In this document: positions 30,187-40,103 of the stretch, piece after piece
How positions within the stretch are numbered: the stretch's first letter is position 1
How the letters are laid out: every line of letters begins with the position of its first letter
Assembly (NCBI GenBank): GCA_964504365.1
Contig: CAZDDW010000002.1
Location: forward strand, 53,246-117,245
Length of the DNA: 64,000 bases
Direction of reading: 5' to 3'
Source: an uncultured Gammaproteobacteria bacterium
GTDB taxonomy: Bacteria > Patescibacteriota > Patescibacteriia > UBA9934 > CAZDDW01
Notes under the pieces: generated by a model
What the model was told of the DNA's origin: nothing
Database searches by the model: none
What the model saw: only the letters and a program-made list of their open reading frames with translations
Made by a program: the position numbers and the translations under genes

Positions 30187-32103
30187 ATGTTTTTTCGTAA
30201 AAACAACAACGAACCTAACCCTTTTGGAATCGAGACCAGTCAATTTAAAAACCTTCAGATGGAAAACCTGGAGGACAAATCAACGATTTCTCAGACAGTG
30301 CTTGACCAAGAGGTTGGTGGTAAATCCGGGGGCTTTCTTGGATTAACTATTTCTTTGCGCAGAATGAAACTTTGTTTAATCCTGACCCTTTTTGTGATTG
30401 GAATTTTATTTGCTAAAGCAGCACACTTACAAATTATCCAAGGAAGTCAGTACCGCTCGCTAGCAGAAGGAAACCGGATACGAATTGAATCCATACAAGC
30501 AGCTCGTGGTGTTGTTTACGATCGCAACCAGAATCTACTTATAGAAAACGTGCCCGCATTTACTGTTACTTTGACAGATGGAGATATCCCGGATAGCGAA
30601 CGAGAGCAAGTGCTAGATGACCTGGCTGATATCTTGAACATGCCTCGTGGTGAAATAGAAGCCTTGCTTGAGGAATATAAGGACGTGCCTTATGAACCAG
30701 TACCAATTGCTCGTGGTGTTGGCCATGAGCGGGCAATGGCGATTGCTTCTCAGCAACAAACCTTACCAGGTACAGATCTGACTTTATCGACTTTGCGATC
30801 CTATGCAACTGATGCTGCCCGATCTTTGTCACATGTTCTAGGTTTCTTGGGCAAGATTTCACCAGATGAAATCGATACGCTGTCTGCTGAGTACCGTCGT
30901 ACGGACGAGATTGGTAAGCAGGGAATCGAGGAAGCTTATGAAACAGAGCTGCGTGGGCAATCCGGACAAAAGGTTGTTGAAGTTGATGCCCGTGGATTTG
31001 AAGCAGCTATTATTACAGAAAAAGCTCCTGTTGATGGAACAAATATTACTTTATCGATCGATGCAGACCTTCAGTCTTTCATAGAAATGCGCTTGTTGGA
31101 AAATCAAGAAACCTCAGGAGACAACAAAGCAGCTGTGGTAGCACTGGATCCGAATAACGGGGAAGTGTTGGCTTTGGTTAGTCTGCCTACTTTTGACAGC
31201 AATGATTTCTCAGGTGGAATTGATAGTGCTGCTTACGGTTTGTTGATCAATGATGAAAGCCAACCTTTATTTCCGAGGGCAATCTCGGGCGAATATCCTT
31301 CTGGTTCAACCTTCAAGCCGATCGTTGCTGCCGCAGCTTTGTCCGAAGGCCTGATTAGTGAGTACACCAGCTTTTTATCCGAAGGCGGGATTGCGATTTC
31401 TTCTTGGTTTTTCCCGGACTGGAAAGCTGGTGGGCATGGCATGACTGATGTGCGCAAGGCAATAGCTGAATCTGTTAATACCTTCTTTTACATTATCGGT
31501 GGTGGTCTGGATGATTTTGTTGGACTGGGCGTAGCTAGGATCACTAAGTATGCCGCCTACTTTGGACTAGGATCACTAACCGGTATTGAGATAGCTGGCG
31601 AAGCTGAAGGATTTTTGCCGTCAAAAGAATGGAAAATGGAATACAAGAACGAGCGCTGGTATGTTGGTGATACATATCATTTAGCTATTGGGCAGGGTGA
31701 TATCTTAGTTACACCGCTTCAGATTGCTAGCATGACTTCTGTTTTTGCAAATGGTGGTATGTTGTATCAGCCGCATTTGTTGCACGATGCTGAATCAGAA
31801 GGATCTAACGTAAACGAGAAGGTCGGTGCCGACTCAATCCGAATCGTCAGCGAGGGAATGCGACAAGCTGTTACTGAAGGATCGGCTCGCTATCTGCTAA
31901 CTGTGACTGAACCAGTGGCTGGCAAAACCGGAACCGCACAAACCGGAGGTGACAAAGATTATCACGCCTGGTTCACTGGCTTTGGCCCATACGAAGACCC
32001 AGAAATAGTTTTAACAATTCTAGTTGAGGAAGGCGGCGGCGGCTCAGAGGTCTCTGTACCAATCGCCCGAGATATATTCAACTGGTGGTTTGCTAATCGA
32101 TAG
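30187..32103 (+). CDS. mrdA: Penicillin-binding protein 2
   Basis: ARGVVYDRN, PSGSTFK, SVN, KTGTAQ. Confidence 0.93.
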   Translation: MFFRKNNNEPNPFGIETSQFKNLQMENLEDKSTISQTVLDQEVGGKSGGFLGLTISLRRMKLCLILTLFVIGILFAKAAHLQIIQGSQYRSLAEGNRIRIESIQAARGVVYDRNQNLLIENVPAFTVTLTDGDIPDSEREQVLDDLADILNMPRGEIEALLEEYKDVPYEPVPIARGVGHERAMAIASQQQTLPGTDLTLSTLRSYATDAARSLSHVLGFLGKISPDEIDTLSAEYRRTDEIGKQGIEEAYETELRGQSGQKVVEVDARGFEAAIITEKAPVDGTNITLSIDADLQSFIEMRLLENQETSGDNKAAVVALDPNNGEVLALVSLPTFDSNDFSGGIDSAAYGLLINDESQPLFPRAISGEYPSGSTFKPIVAAAALSEGLISEYTSFLSEGGIAISSWFFPDWKAGGHGMTDVRKAIAESVNTFFYIIGGGLDDFVGLGVARITKYAAYFGLGSLTGIEIAGEAEGFLPSKEWKMEYKNERWYVGDTYHLAIGQGDILVTPLQIASMTSVFANGGMLYQPHLLHDAESEGSNVNEKVGADSIRIVSEGMRQAVTEGSARYLLTVTEPVAGKTGTAQTGGDKDYHAWFTGFGPYEDPEIVLTILVEEGGGGSEVSVPIARDIFNWWFANR

Positions 32104-32166
32104 CTTGACTTTTAAACTAAGGATTGGTAGTTTTTAACTACCGTACACTCAAACTGGGGGTTTGAA

Positions 32167-32754
32167 ATGACAGGGCAGAGAAGCCTTACTGACATGATTC
32201 GTGAAGACCTGGTGTGGGAACCGAGCGAGGATGAGTTGACCGAACTGATGGCCAACAGCGAACCGATCCGGATTGATCCCGTACGTCAGGCGGCTTTCGC
32301 ACAAAAGATGCGGCAGCGCTGCGAGCTTGCTCGTCAAGACCAACCACTACTCCAGCGAGCACGCCGGCTGTTGACCGAGTATCTGGACGATCTGACCCGC
32401 CCATTCGCGGAAATGACCTTTGTTAACTTCCTCGAGCTGCTCAGGCGCGATCTGGGGATAGATGACGAGCGTCTGGCTCGAGTGTTCCTTGCCAGCCCTG
32501 CACTGTTCGCAGAACTCAAGGAGCCGTACGTCTACGACATCCACGGCCTGGCCAACCTGCTCGGAGGTCTAGGCATGGATCCATGTGACTTCGAAACCTC
32601 GATGCGCATCCCGGATCGTATCGAGCACTGGGACCTGGCTCCACTGACCTGGATCACGAACCCGGAACCTCCGACCACATATCTCAACCGGCCGCACTGG
32701 CTGTATCAGCTCGAAGAGGTACTGCACCGTCGGCAGATGGAGCTTGCCTCATGA
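32167..32754 (+). CDS. GC-rich orphan protein with possible degenerate Xre-like HTH
   Basis: TTGACT-17-TAGTTT promoter; TFVNFLELLRRDLGIDDERLARVF. Confidence 0.7.
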   Translation: MTGQRSLTDMIREDLVWEPSEDELTELMANSEPIRIDPVRQAAFAQKMRQRCELARQDQPLLQRARRLLTEYLDDLTRPFAEMTFVNFLELLRRDLGIDDERLARVFLASPALFAELKEPYVYDIHGLANLLGGLGMDPCDFETSMRIPDRIEHWDLAPLTWITNPEPPTTYLNRPHWLYQLEEVLHRRQMELAS

Positions 32755-32939
32755 CCAGGGGTGCACGACGACGTCCCACCCCAGACGAACTCGAAGAGCG
32801 CGAACGAACTGCTCGCGGCATCGAACGCTTTGTGGAACAGCTGCCACCTGGCAGAGCTCGTGACACGATTGCCAAGCTGGCTGATATCGCTCGCAGCAAG
32901 AACCGTCGCGCCTTGCATCCGCACAGCTGCTCTCACTGA
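32751..32939 (+). CDS. Small basic orphan protein
   Basis: ATGA overlap with upstream gene, SD ggag, followed by terminator ccccac-acct-gtgggg-ctttt. Confidence 0.6.
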   Translation: MTRGARRRPTPDELEERERTARGIERFVEQLPPGRARDTIAKLADIARSKNRRALHPHSCSH

Positions 32940-33018
32940 CACCCCACACCTGTGGGGCTTTTTCTTTTCACAAATTTATGCTAAGCTCAGCGTGCTGTTT
33001 TACAAAAGGGAGGACGCA

Positions 33019-33402
33019 ATGTTCGATTGGAAACAGGCAGAAAAAGTAGCCAAACGTCTGGAGCAAGAACCAGAGCACACCGAAAGCCTGACTTGGATGA
33101 CAAAATTCATTGCCGGTAGCACGGTAATGGAATGGCTCATCTGTGTCATGATGATGACCACACTCAGTTTTGGTGTCGCGAACATTGGTCAAACAGTTGG
33201 CCTCAACGAGCATATCAGTCTTGTACTGGTCTTCCTGATCGGACTGACCTGTCTGTACTGCTGGGGCTCTGTGGCCTTTAGTAAGTTCACTCTGGTCTTT
33301 TTCGATCTCAAGCGCTGGCGCTGGTCGTCTTCGTTCTTTCCCTTGGCTGCATACTGCCTGATCTTCGGTATTTTCATGTCTCTTAGAGAATCATCTGGAT
33401 AG
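33019..33402 (+). CDS. Orphan membrane protein
   Basis: SD gggagg + ATG 33019; three TM segments. Confidence 0.65.
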   Translation: MFDWKQAEKVAKRLEQEPEHTESLTWMTKFIAGSTVMEWLICVMMMTTLSFGVANIGQTVGLNEHISLVLVFLIGLTCLYCWGSVAFSKFTLVFFDLKRWRWSSSFFPLAAYCLIFGIFMSLRESSG

Positions 33403-33417
33403 CAGGAGATCTTCCAA

Positions 33418-33633
33418 ATGGAACTAACACCGACGCAAATCGTCTGTGGACTGATGCTTGTTGGGATTTTACTGTTCTGTGCTATCATCTGGCCTCGAGT
33501 CTGGGGCATCCGATCCAACGGAAAAACAACCGAACCAGAACTCCGTGTCGCTTCTCTTCATGATGATGAGCCTTCGGAAGAAGTGCTACGTGATCTCATG
33601 GAACGTCATGCTGATGACTTCAGGCAGCCCTGA
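33418..33633 (+). CDS. Small single-TM orphan protein
   Basis: SD caggag; N-terminal TM; downstream hairpin ccccac...gtgggg. Confidence 0.6.
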   Translation: MELTPTQIVCGLMLVGILLFCAIIWPRVWGIRSNGKTTEPELRVASLHDDEPSEEVLRDLMERHADDFRQP

Positions 33634-33761
33634 CCCCCCACACCACTCGTGGGGATTTTATTTTCTGTGGATAACCTCTTGCGTGCAAAAAAGACAAATG
33701 TTATGATTTACGTACTCGTGATCCACAGGTCACGGGTTCTGATTTAAAACTAGTGCAGAAT

Positions 33762-34217
33762 ATGCCAACTTATTTATCACAAGCAAAGCTCGATGAGCTT
33801 AAAGAAGAGGTGGCTCATAGGCAGGGGCAAGGGCGCAAAGATATTGCCGGCAAGATTGAGCAAGCTAAAGAACTCGGAGATTTATCCGAGAATTTTGAAT
33901 ATCATGCTGCTAAAGAGGAACAGGCGCAAAATGAAACCAGGATCATGGAGCTTAAAGCAATGATCATCGACGCAGCCATTGTTGAAGAAAAAACAGGTGG
34001 TGACAACATTAGCTTGGGTACAAAATTTGTGGTTGATATTGGTGGGGAAGAAAAGACTTATGAAATGGTTGGTTCAACTGAAGCTGATCCAATTAGTGGT
34101 AAAATTAGCAACGAATCAGTTGTTGGAAATGCTTTGGTTGGCAAGGAAGTTGGTGAAGAAGTTGAGGTTGAGCTGCCTTCGGGTAAGTCAATTTACCGTG
34201 TCGTGAAGATCTTGTAG
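33762..34217 (+). CDS. greA: Transcription elongation factor GreA
   Basis: GDLSENFEYHAAKEEQ, ISNESVVG. Confidence 0.96.
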   Translation: MPTYLSQAKLDELKEEVAHRQGQGRKDIAGKIEQAKELGDLSENFEYHAAKEEQAQNETRIMELKAMIIDAAIVEEKTGGDNISLGTKFVVDIGGEEKTYEMVGSTEADPISGKISNESVVGNALVGKEVGEEVEVELPSGKSIYRVVKIL

Positions 34218-34331
34218 AAAAAGACCAAAGGTTAAAAGAGTAAAGCCTAAAGCACGACGCAACATCAAGCGGCGTGTTTTTGACAATAAGCTAAAATACA
34301 AGTAAAATAAGCGTGTTTATAACTACAATTT

Positions 34332-36413
34332 ATGATTGAAGAAGAAGCTTATCGACGAGCCCGGCTAGACAAGACCCGTGAGCTCGGAGTTGACCCATAT
34401 CCAATTCAAGCTACTCGAACCCATACCATTGACCGGGTGCTTGATCTTTTTGATAACCTCCTCAAAGCCAAGGAGGTTTTAACTATTGTTGGCCGAATCC
34501 GTGGTTTGCGTAAGCACGGTGGCCTGACCTTTTTGCAGGTTGAAGACGCTCACGGCAAAATGCAGGTAGCCTTGAAAAAGGACGAAATAGGTTCTGAATT
34601 ATACGAACAATTTCAAGAAGTCTTTGATGTTGGTGACTTTATCCAATGCGAAGGAACTTTATTTCGGACCAAAACTGATGAGCAGACCCTGATGACCACC
34701 AAGTACCGCATGCTAACCAAAGCCTTGCTCCCGCTTCCGGAAAAATGGCATGGGTTGTCTGATACTGAAATTCGTTATCGCAAACGTTATCTTGATTTGA
34801 TTGCTAACCCGTCTGTTCGCCATAATTTTGTTTTGCGCAGCAAAATGATTCAGCTACTTCGCGAATTCATGCACGAGCGAAAATTCATGGAGGTTGAAAC
34901 TCCTATACTGCAGCATCTTCCGGGCGGAGCACTGGCAAAGCCGTTTAAAACTCACCACAATGCACTTGATGCTGATCTTTACTTGCGCGTTGCGCCTGAG
35001 TTATATCTCAAACGTTTGATAGTTGGGGGTTACGAACGAGTTTTTGAAATCGCCCGCTGTTTCCGCAATGAAGGAATCGACAACGAGCACAACCCTGAAT
35101 TTACTCAGATCGAATTCTACTGGGCTTATGCAGACTACAATGACATAATGTCTTTTATGGAAGAGCTGATTCCATATCTACTTGAAGGCATGGGCCTTGA
35201 TCTTAAAGTTAAGGTCGGTGATCAAACTGCTGATTTTACCCCACCATATCCAAGAGTGACCATGCGCGAGCTGATCAAGAAGTATGCCAAGCTGGATATC
35301 GAAAAGTATCAAGACACTGAAAAGCTTTACAAAAAGGCGGTCAAGATGGGAGTCGAGGATATAAAGCCTACAGATGGACGTGGAAAGTTAATCGATGAAA
35401 TTTATAAAACTTTTGCTCGACCAAAAATTATGGATCCAATCTTTATGATTGATCATCCGGTTGAGCTATCTCCACTAACCAAACGTAAGCCAGATGATCC
35501 TCGATATGTTGAACGAATGCAGATTGTTTGCGCTGGTGGAAATGAACTGTGTAATGCGTTTACAGAGCTTAACGATCCAATCGATCAAGAAGAGCGGTTC
35601 CAGGAGCAAGAAGAGTTGCGTGTTGCTGGAGATGAAGAGGCCCAGCGCTTTGACCAAGATTTTATTGACGCGCTCAAGCACGGCATGCCACCAACTGGTG
35701 GTATTGGAATCGGTCTTGATCGGTTGTTTAAAACTTTAGTCGGTGCACCAAATCTTAAGGAAGTAATTTTGTTCCCAACACTACGCCCAGAAAAACCAGC
35801 CAATGACTCGTCAACACTAAAAGACGAGGATGATTTTGAGGAAATCACCGGTAAGATCCCTGATCGCAAAGATGCGCTAAAACTACTTAAAAAACACATC
35901 AAAGAAGACAACTTGGTTAAGCATCACTTAGCAGCAGAAATGGTTATGCAAGCATTTGCTAAGCACTTCAAAAAGAACAAGGGTCTTTGGGGTATTACTG
36001 GTCTGCTCCACGATATCGACTGGAATGAGACAAAGGACCGAGCCGAAGAGCACGGTCTAATAAGTGCTGAGATCTTAGAGAAAGAGGGAATTGACTGCCG
36101 CATCGTTTATGCGATTAAAGCTCACAACGAAGAGCATGGGCTGCCAATGAATCTATTGCTTGATCGCGTCTTATTCTGTGTTGAAGAGCTAACTGGTTTG
36201 ATTACTGCGACAGCACTGGTTCAGAAAGACAAGAAGCTGGCTTCGGTCAGTGTTGCCTCGGTTCAGAAAAAGTTCAAGAAAAAAGAGTTTGCCAAGAACG
36301 TTGATCGAAAGATCATCTCGCGCTGTGAAGAGCTAATTGATCTACCGCTTGAGAAAGTGATTGAAATCTCACTCAAAGCAATGCAAAAGGGGGCCAAGGA
36401 TCTTGGCTTATGA
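34332..36413 (+). CDS. lysS: Lysine--tRNA ligase (class II) fused to a C-terminal HD domain
   Basis: YRKRYLDL, LRVAPELYLK, FRNEG, GMPPTGGIGIGLDR; extra ~185 aa with H...GLLHDID. Confidence 0.95.
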   Translation: MIEEEAYRRARLDKTRELGVDPYPIQATRTHTIDRVLDLFDNLLKAKEVLTIVGRIRGLRKHGGLTFLQVEDAHGKMQVALKKDEIGSELYEQFQEVFDVGDFIQCEGTLFRTKTDEQTLMTTKYRMLTKALLPLPEKWHGLSDTEIRYRKRYLDLIANPSVRHNFVLRSKMIQLLREFMHERKFMEVETPILQHLPGGALAKPFKTHHNALDADLYLRVAPELYLKRLIVGGYERVFEIARCFRNEGIDNEHNPEFTQIEFYWAYADYNDIMSFMEELIPYLLEGMGLDLKVKVGDQTADFTPPYPRVTMRELIKKYAKLDIEKYQDTEKLYKKAVKMGVEDIKPTDGRGKLIDEIYKTFARPKIMDPIFMIDHPVELSPLTKRKPDDPRYVERMQIVCAGGNELCNAFTELNDPIDQEERFQEQEELRVAGDEEAQRFDQDFIDALKHGMPPTGGIGIGLDRLFKTLVGAPNLKEVILFPTLRPEKPANDSSTLKDEDDFEEITGKIPDRKDALKLLKKHIKEDNLVKHHLAAEMVMQAFAKHFKKNKGLWGITGLLHDIDWNETKDRAEEHGLISAEILEKEGIDCRIVYAIKAHNEEHGLPMNLLLDRVLFCVEELTGLITATALVQKDKKLASVSVASVQKKFKKKEFAKNVDRKIISRCEELIDLPLEKVIEISLKAMQKGAKDLGL

Positions 36414-36832
36414 AAATAGTAATGGTTTTTGGGACTTTTGATGGGATTCATCCTGGGCATGATTCGTTCTTGTCGCAGGCACGTGAACTAGGGGACCGGT
36501 TAGTTGTATCAGTCGCTTCTGACCAGTTTGTTCGAGAGCTAAAGAAACAAGAGCCGCTGCATGGTGAGCAAGATCGATTGCAAGCGATTCGGTCGAACGA
36601 GTTGGTTGACGATGCAATCGTCGGTGACCAAGTTATCGGAAACTTTGAAAGCGTGCAAAAGATTCAGCCAGATATTATCGCGCTTGGATATGACCAAGAA
36701 CAGTTGGCAGAAAAGCTTTCTGAGTGGATCACTGATACCGGATCAAAGATCAAAGTCATGACATTAAAACCACACAAACCTGAAAAATATAAATCTTCGA
36801 AATTGAGATATGTTGGACATACAAATAATTAG
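36410..36832 (+). CDS. Cytidylyltransferase-like / archaeal-type FAD synthase family protein
   Basis: FGTFDGIHPGH (HxGH), PDIIALGYDQ. Confidence 0.85.
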   Translation: MKIVMVFGTFDGIHPGHDSFLSQARELGDRLVVSVASDQFVRELKKQEPLHGEQDRLQAIRSNELVDDAIVGDQVIGNFESVQKIQPDIIALGYDQEQLAEKLSEWITDTGSKIKVMTLKPHKPEKYKSSKLRYVGHTNN

Positions 36833-38105
36833 AGATGACCCGAAGCTGGTCAAGAAAGTGGCCAAGGACAAGAACGTCGAGGTTGATATCGACAAGATTC
36901 TTGAATTGGATAAAAAGCGGAAAGACCTGCTTCAGAAAACTGAGAAATTAAACGCAGCCAAAAAGGAAACAGCCGCGAAAATGAAAGGTGCTTCAGACGC
37001 TGATAAAAAGAAGATTGCTTCAGAGGGAAAAAAGATTAAAGACGACTTGTCTAAGATCGAACCTGAATTACGTAAGGTTGCTGATGAGTTAGATCAGCTG
37101 ATGCTAGCCACACCAAACATTCCTTCAAACGACACACCGATTGGTGCTGATGAATCTGGGAATGTTGAAGTGAGTAAATGGGGAGAGCCAGCCAAGTTTG
37201 ATTTTGAGGCTAAAGATCATGTTGAACTGGCTGCTGATTTGAATCTACTTGATACTGAGAGAGGTGTAAAAGTTGCTGGGTTTAGAGGATATTTCCTTAA
37301 AAATGAGTTAATGATGATGCATATGGGGCTAATGATGTTGGCCTTGGGTCGATTGCGTGACAAAGGTTTTGAAGTCATGTCAGCACCAACCATAATCCGC
37401 GACATGGCCCTGGTCGGGTCTGGTCATTTTCCTGGTGAATCAGACGAGATCTTTGAAGTGCAAGATCATGCTGGGGAAGGGAAGAAAGAGACAAAATATC
37501 TTGCCGGAACCTCAGAACCGTCATTGTTGGCCTATCATGCAGACGAAATTCTTAACGAGGCTGATCTTCCAGTGAAGTCAGGTGGCTTTTCTTCATGCTA
37601 TCGCCGTGAAGTTGGTGGATACGGAAAAGACACGCGTGGAATTTATCGTGTACATGAGTTTTTGAAAGTTGAGCAGGTGATAATGTGTAAAAATGACGTT
37701 GAAGAAGGTTTGAAGTGGCTTGAGGAAATTCGTGAGAACTCTGAGCAATTACTTCAGGATTTAGAACTTCCATATCGCGTTATTCAAATGTGTACCGGTG
37801 ACATGGGTCAAGGCAAGTACAAGATGTACGACATAGAAACCTGGATGCCATCACGTAACGAGTATGGTGAAACACACTCTGCTTCTTACTTAACTGACTG
37901 GCAAGCACGTCGTGCTGGGATTCGCTATCGCACCAAAGACGGTGAGATCAAGTTCTGTCACACACTGAACAACACATTAGTCGCATCTCCACGAATCCTT
38001 ATCGCAATCTTGGAAAACAACCAGCAAAAAGACGGCTCAATCAAGATTCCAAAGATCTTGCAGCCGTACATGGGTAAACAGAAAGTGATCAAACCGGTTG
38101 CATGA
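36810..38105 (+). CDS. serS: Serine--tRNA ligase
   Basis: MLDIQIIR, LAGTSE, CYRRE, HTLNNT. Confidence 0.96.
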   Translation: MLDIQIIRDDPKLVKKVAKDKNVEVDIDKILELDKKRKDLLQKTEKLNAAKKETAAKMKGASDADKKKIASEGKKIKDDLSKIEPELRKVADELDQLMLATPNIPSNDTPIGADESGNVEVSKWGEPAKFDFEAKDHVELAADLNLLDTERGVKVAGFRGYFLKNELMMMHMGLMMLALGRLRDKGFEVMSAPTIIRDMALVGSGHFPGESDEIFEVQDHAGEGKKETKYLAGTSEPSLLAYHADEILNEADLPVKSGGFSSCYRREVGGYGKDTRGIYRVHEFLKVEQVIMCKNDVEEGLKWLEEIRENSEQLLQDLELPYRVIQMCTGDMGQGKYKMYDIETWMPSRNEYGETHSASYLTDWQARRAGIRYRTKDGEIKFCHTLNNTLVASPRILIAILENNQQKDGSIKIPKILQPYMGKQKVIKPVA

Positions 38106-39241
38106 CCAAACACCGAACATGGATTGAAATAAATGAACAAGCGCTACGGAAGAATATCCGGGCGCTTGGTTCTTTGTTATCTAAGAAGACCAGGTTCTGT
38201 GCCGTGGTTAAGTCGAATGCATACGGACACGGTGTAGAGCAGATTGTTTCGATCGCACTTGATGAAAACGTTGACGCGTTTGCAGTGGACAGTATCGACG
38301 AAGCGCTGGTTGTGCGCGAGCTCGCACCAGATGCTCTGATTCTGGTTCTTGGATACACAATGCATAATCGGCTCGATGATGTGGTTAAAAATAATATTGA
38401 GCTAACAGTCTACGATATTGATACAGTACGAACACTCGATGCGGTTGCATCGAAGCTGAACAAACAGGCGCATGTTCACCTTAAGATCGAAACTGGGACA
38501 AACCGTCAGGGAATCATGCCAACAGACCTGCCACGATTTCTAGAATCTCTGAAGGGAATGACACATTTTAGTGTGTCAGGTGTCTCAACCCACTTTGCAA
38601 ACATCGAAGACACGCCTGACCAAACTTATGCCATGAATCAACTCGAAGAATATCAGCAAGCAGTCGAGCAAATTCGAGAAGCCGGCTTTGATCCTGAGTA
38701 TCTGCACACCGCTTGCAGCGCAGCGATTCTCTTATATCCAAACACGCACGGCAACCTTGTGCGTGCTGGGATTAGCCTTTACGGACTCTGGTCGTCTGAG
38801 AGCACAAAACAGTCTGTACAAGCCAAAAATAAGGCTGTAGAGCTACATCCTGTGCTTAGCTGGAAAACACGCGTCGCCCAAATCAAAGAACTTCCGATCG
38901 GGACCGCCATTGGCTATGGTTTAACCGAAAGACTAAAACGCGACAGCCGAATCGGGATCATCCCAGTTGGCTATTGGGATGGCTTTGATAGAGGACTAAG
39001 CTCGAAAGGTGAGGTTCTTGTTGGTAGCACACTATGTAAAATAATCGGTCGGATTTGCATGAATATGTGTATGGTTGATCTGACAGATGTGCCAGAAGTA
39101 AGTCTTGAGGATGAGGTAGTGCTGATTGGAAAGCAGGGAAGTGGTATAATAAAAGCACAAGATCTTGCAAAGAAAATCGAAACAATTGATTACGAAATAG
39201 TGACACGAATAAATCCAAGATTACCACGGATAATCACATGA
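38102..39241 (+). CDS. alr: Alanine racemase
   Basis: AVVKSNAYGHG, THFA, VRAGISLYG, GRICMN. Confidence 0.95.
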   Translation: MTKHRTWIEINEQALRKNIRALGSLLSKKTRFCAVVKSNAYGHGVEQIVSIALDENVDAFAVDSIDEALVVRELAPDALILVLGYTMHNRLDDVVKNNIELTVYDIDTVRTLDAVASKLNKQAHVHLKIETGTNRQGIMPTDLPRFLESLKGMTHFSVSGVSTHFANIEDTPDQTYAMNQLEEYQQAVEQIREAGFDPEYLHTACSAAILLYPNTHGNLVRAGISLYGLWSSESTKQSVQAKNKAVELHPVLSWKTRVAQIKELPIGTAIGYGLTERLKRDSRIGIIPVGYWDGFDRGLSSKGEVLVGSTLCKIIGRICMNMCMVDLTDVPEVSLEDEVVLIGKQGSGIIKAQDLAKKIETIDYEIVTRINPRLPRIIT

Positions 39242-40074
39242 GGCGTCGACGACGAAACTTTTTTAAAAAACACCACCTAAAGCGATACGAGTCGCGGCGT
39301 TTTAATAATCCTTACTTTAAAAAACCAAAACGACAGATCAAAATCAAATGGCAAACGATTGCTGTCCTGGTAGCGATTATTTTTATAGTTGCGGTCCTGA
39401 TCTACTCTTCGTTATTCCGAATTGACAATGTTGATATTAAGGGAACTGAACACATTAGTCCTGATCAAATCACCCAAATCGCCCACGCTGAACTGGACCG
39501 TGGTCGATTCCTAATCTTTCCAAACAACAACCGTTTTTTCCTGCATGAAGAACGCATGCAAAGCAAACTTAACGAACAGTTTGTCTTTGACTCAATCGAA
39601 ATGGAAGTATCAGGACATACACTAACTATCACTGTCAAAGAGCGTGTTTCAACACTAATCTGGATCACTGCTGATCGTTATTACTTTGTTGATCTTTCCG
39701 GAACTATTATTCGTGAGTTGGCACAAGACGAGTTTGAAGAAGCGCCAGGATTTCCCAAATTTTTCGATGAAAATAACCATCAGGTAGCTGTTGGTCAAAC
39801 CGTCTTAGCCTCAGAAGCAATTCAAGGCAGTATTGATTTCTTGATCCTGGCTGAACAAGGTGGAATAACAATTGACTCATTTAGTTACGAAAGTGTTGAA
39901 AATGATTGGCTAGCAGCCAAATCAACAGAAGGTTATTGGATCTTATTTAAACCAACAGAAGACATAGAATCACAAGTAAATAATTTGTTGATTGTACTTC
40001 GTGAATCGATCGACAGTGTAAATTTGATTCAGTACATTGATCTGCGCTTTGGGGATCATGTATACTATAAGTAA
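39238..40074 (+). CDS. ftsQ: FtsQ/DivIB-like POTRA protein
   Basis: Basic tail, TM, POTRA, C-terminal YIDLRFGDHVYY. Confidence 0.8.
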   Translation: MRRRRRNFFKKHHLKRYESRRFNNPYFKKPKRQIKIKWQTIAVLVAIIFIVAVLIYSSLFRIDNVDIKGTEHISPDQITQIAHAELDRGRFLIFPNNNRFFLHEERMQSKLNEQFVFDSIEMEVSGHTLTITVKERVSTLIWITADRYYFVDLSGTIIRELAQDEFEEAPGFPKFFDENNHQVAVGQTVLASEAIQGSIDFLILAEQGGITIDSFSYESVENDWLAAKSTEGYWILFKPTEDIESQVNNLLIVLRESIDSVNLIQYIDLRFGDHVYYK

Positions 40075-40103
40075 ATCTCAAAAACCAATATCCAAATTCC
40101 AAT

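Noticed and set aside
33666-33727. Replication origin
   Set aside because: Only two DnaA-like boxes, short spacer, no dnaA or unwinding element
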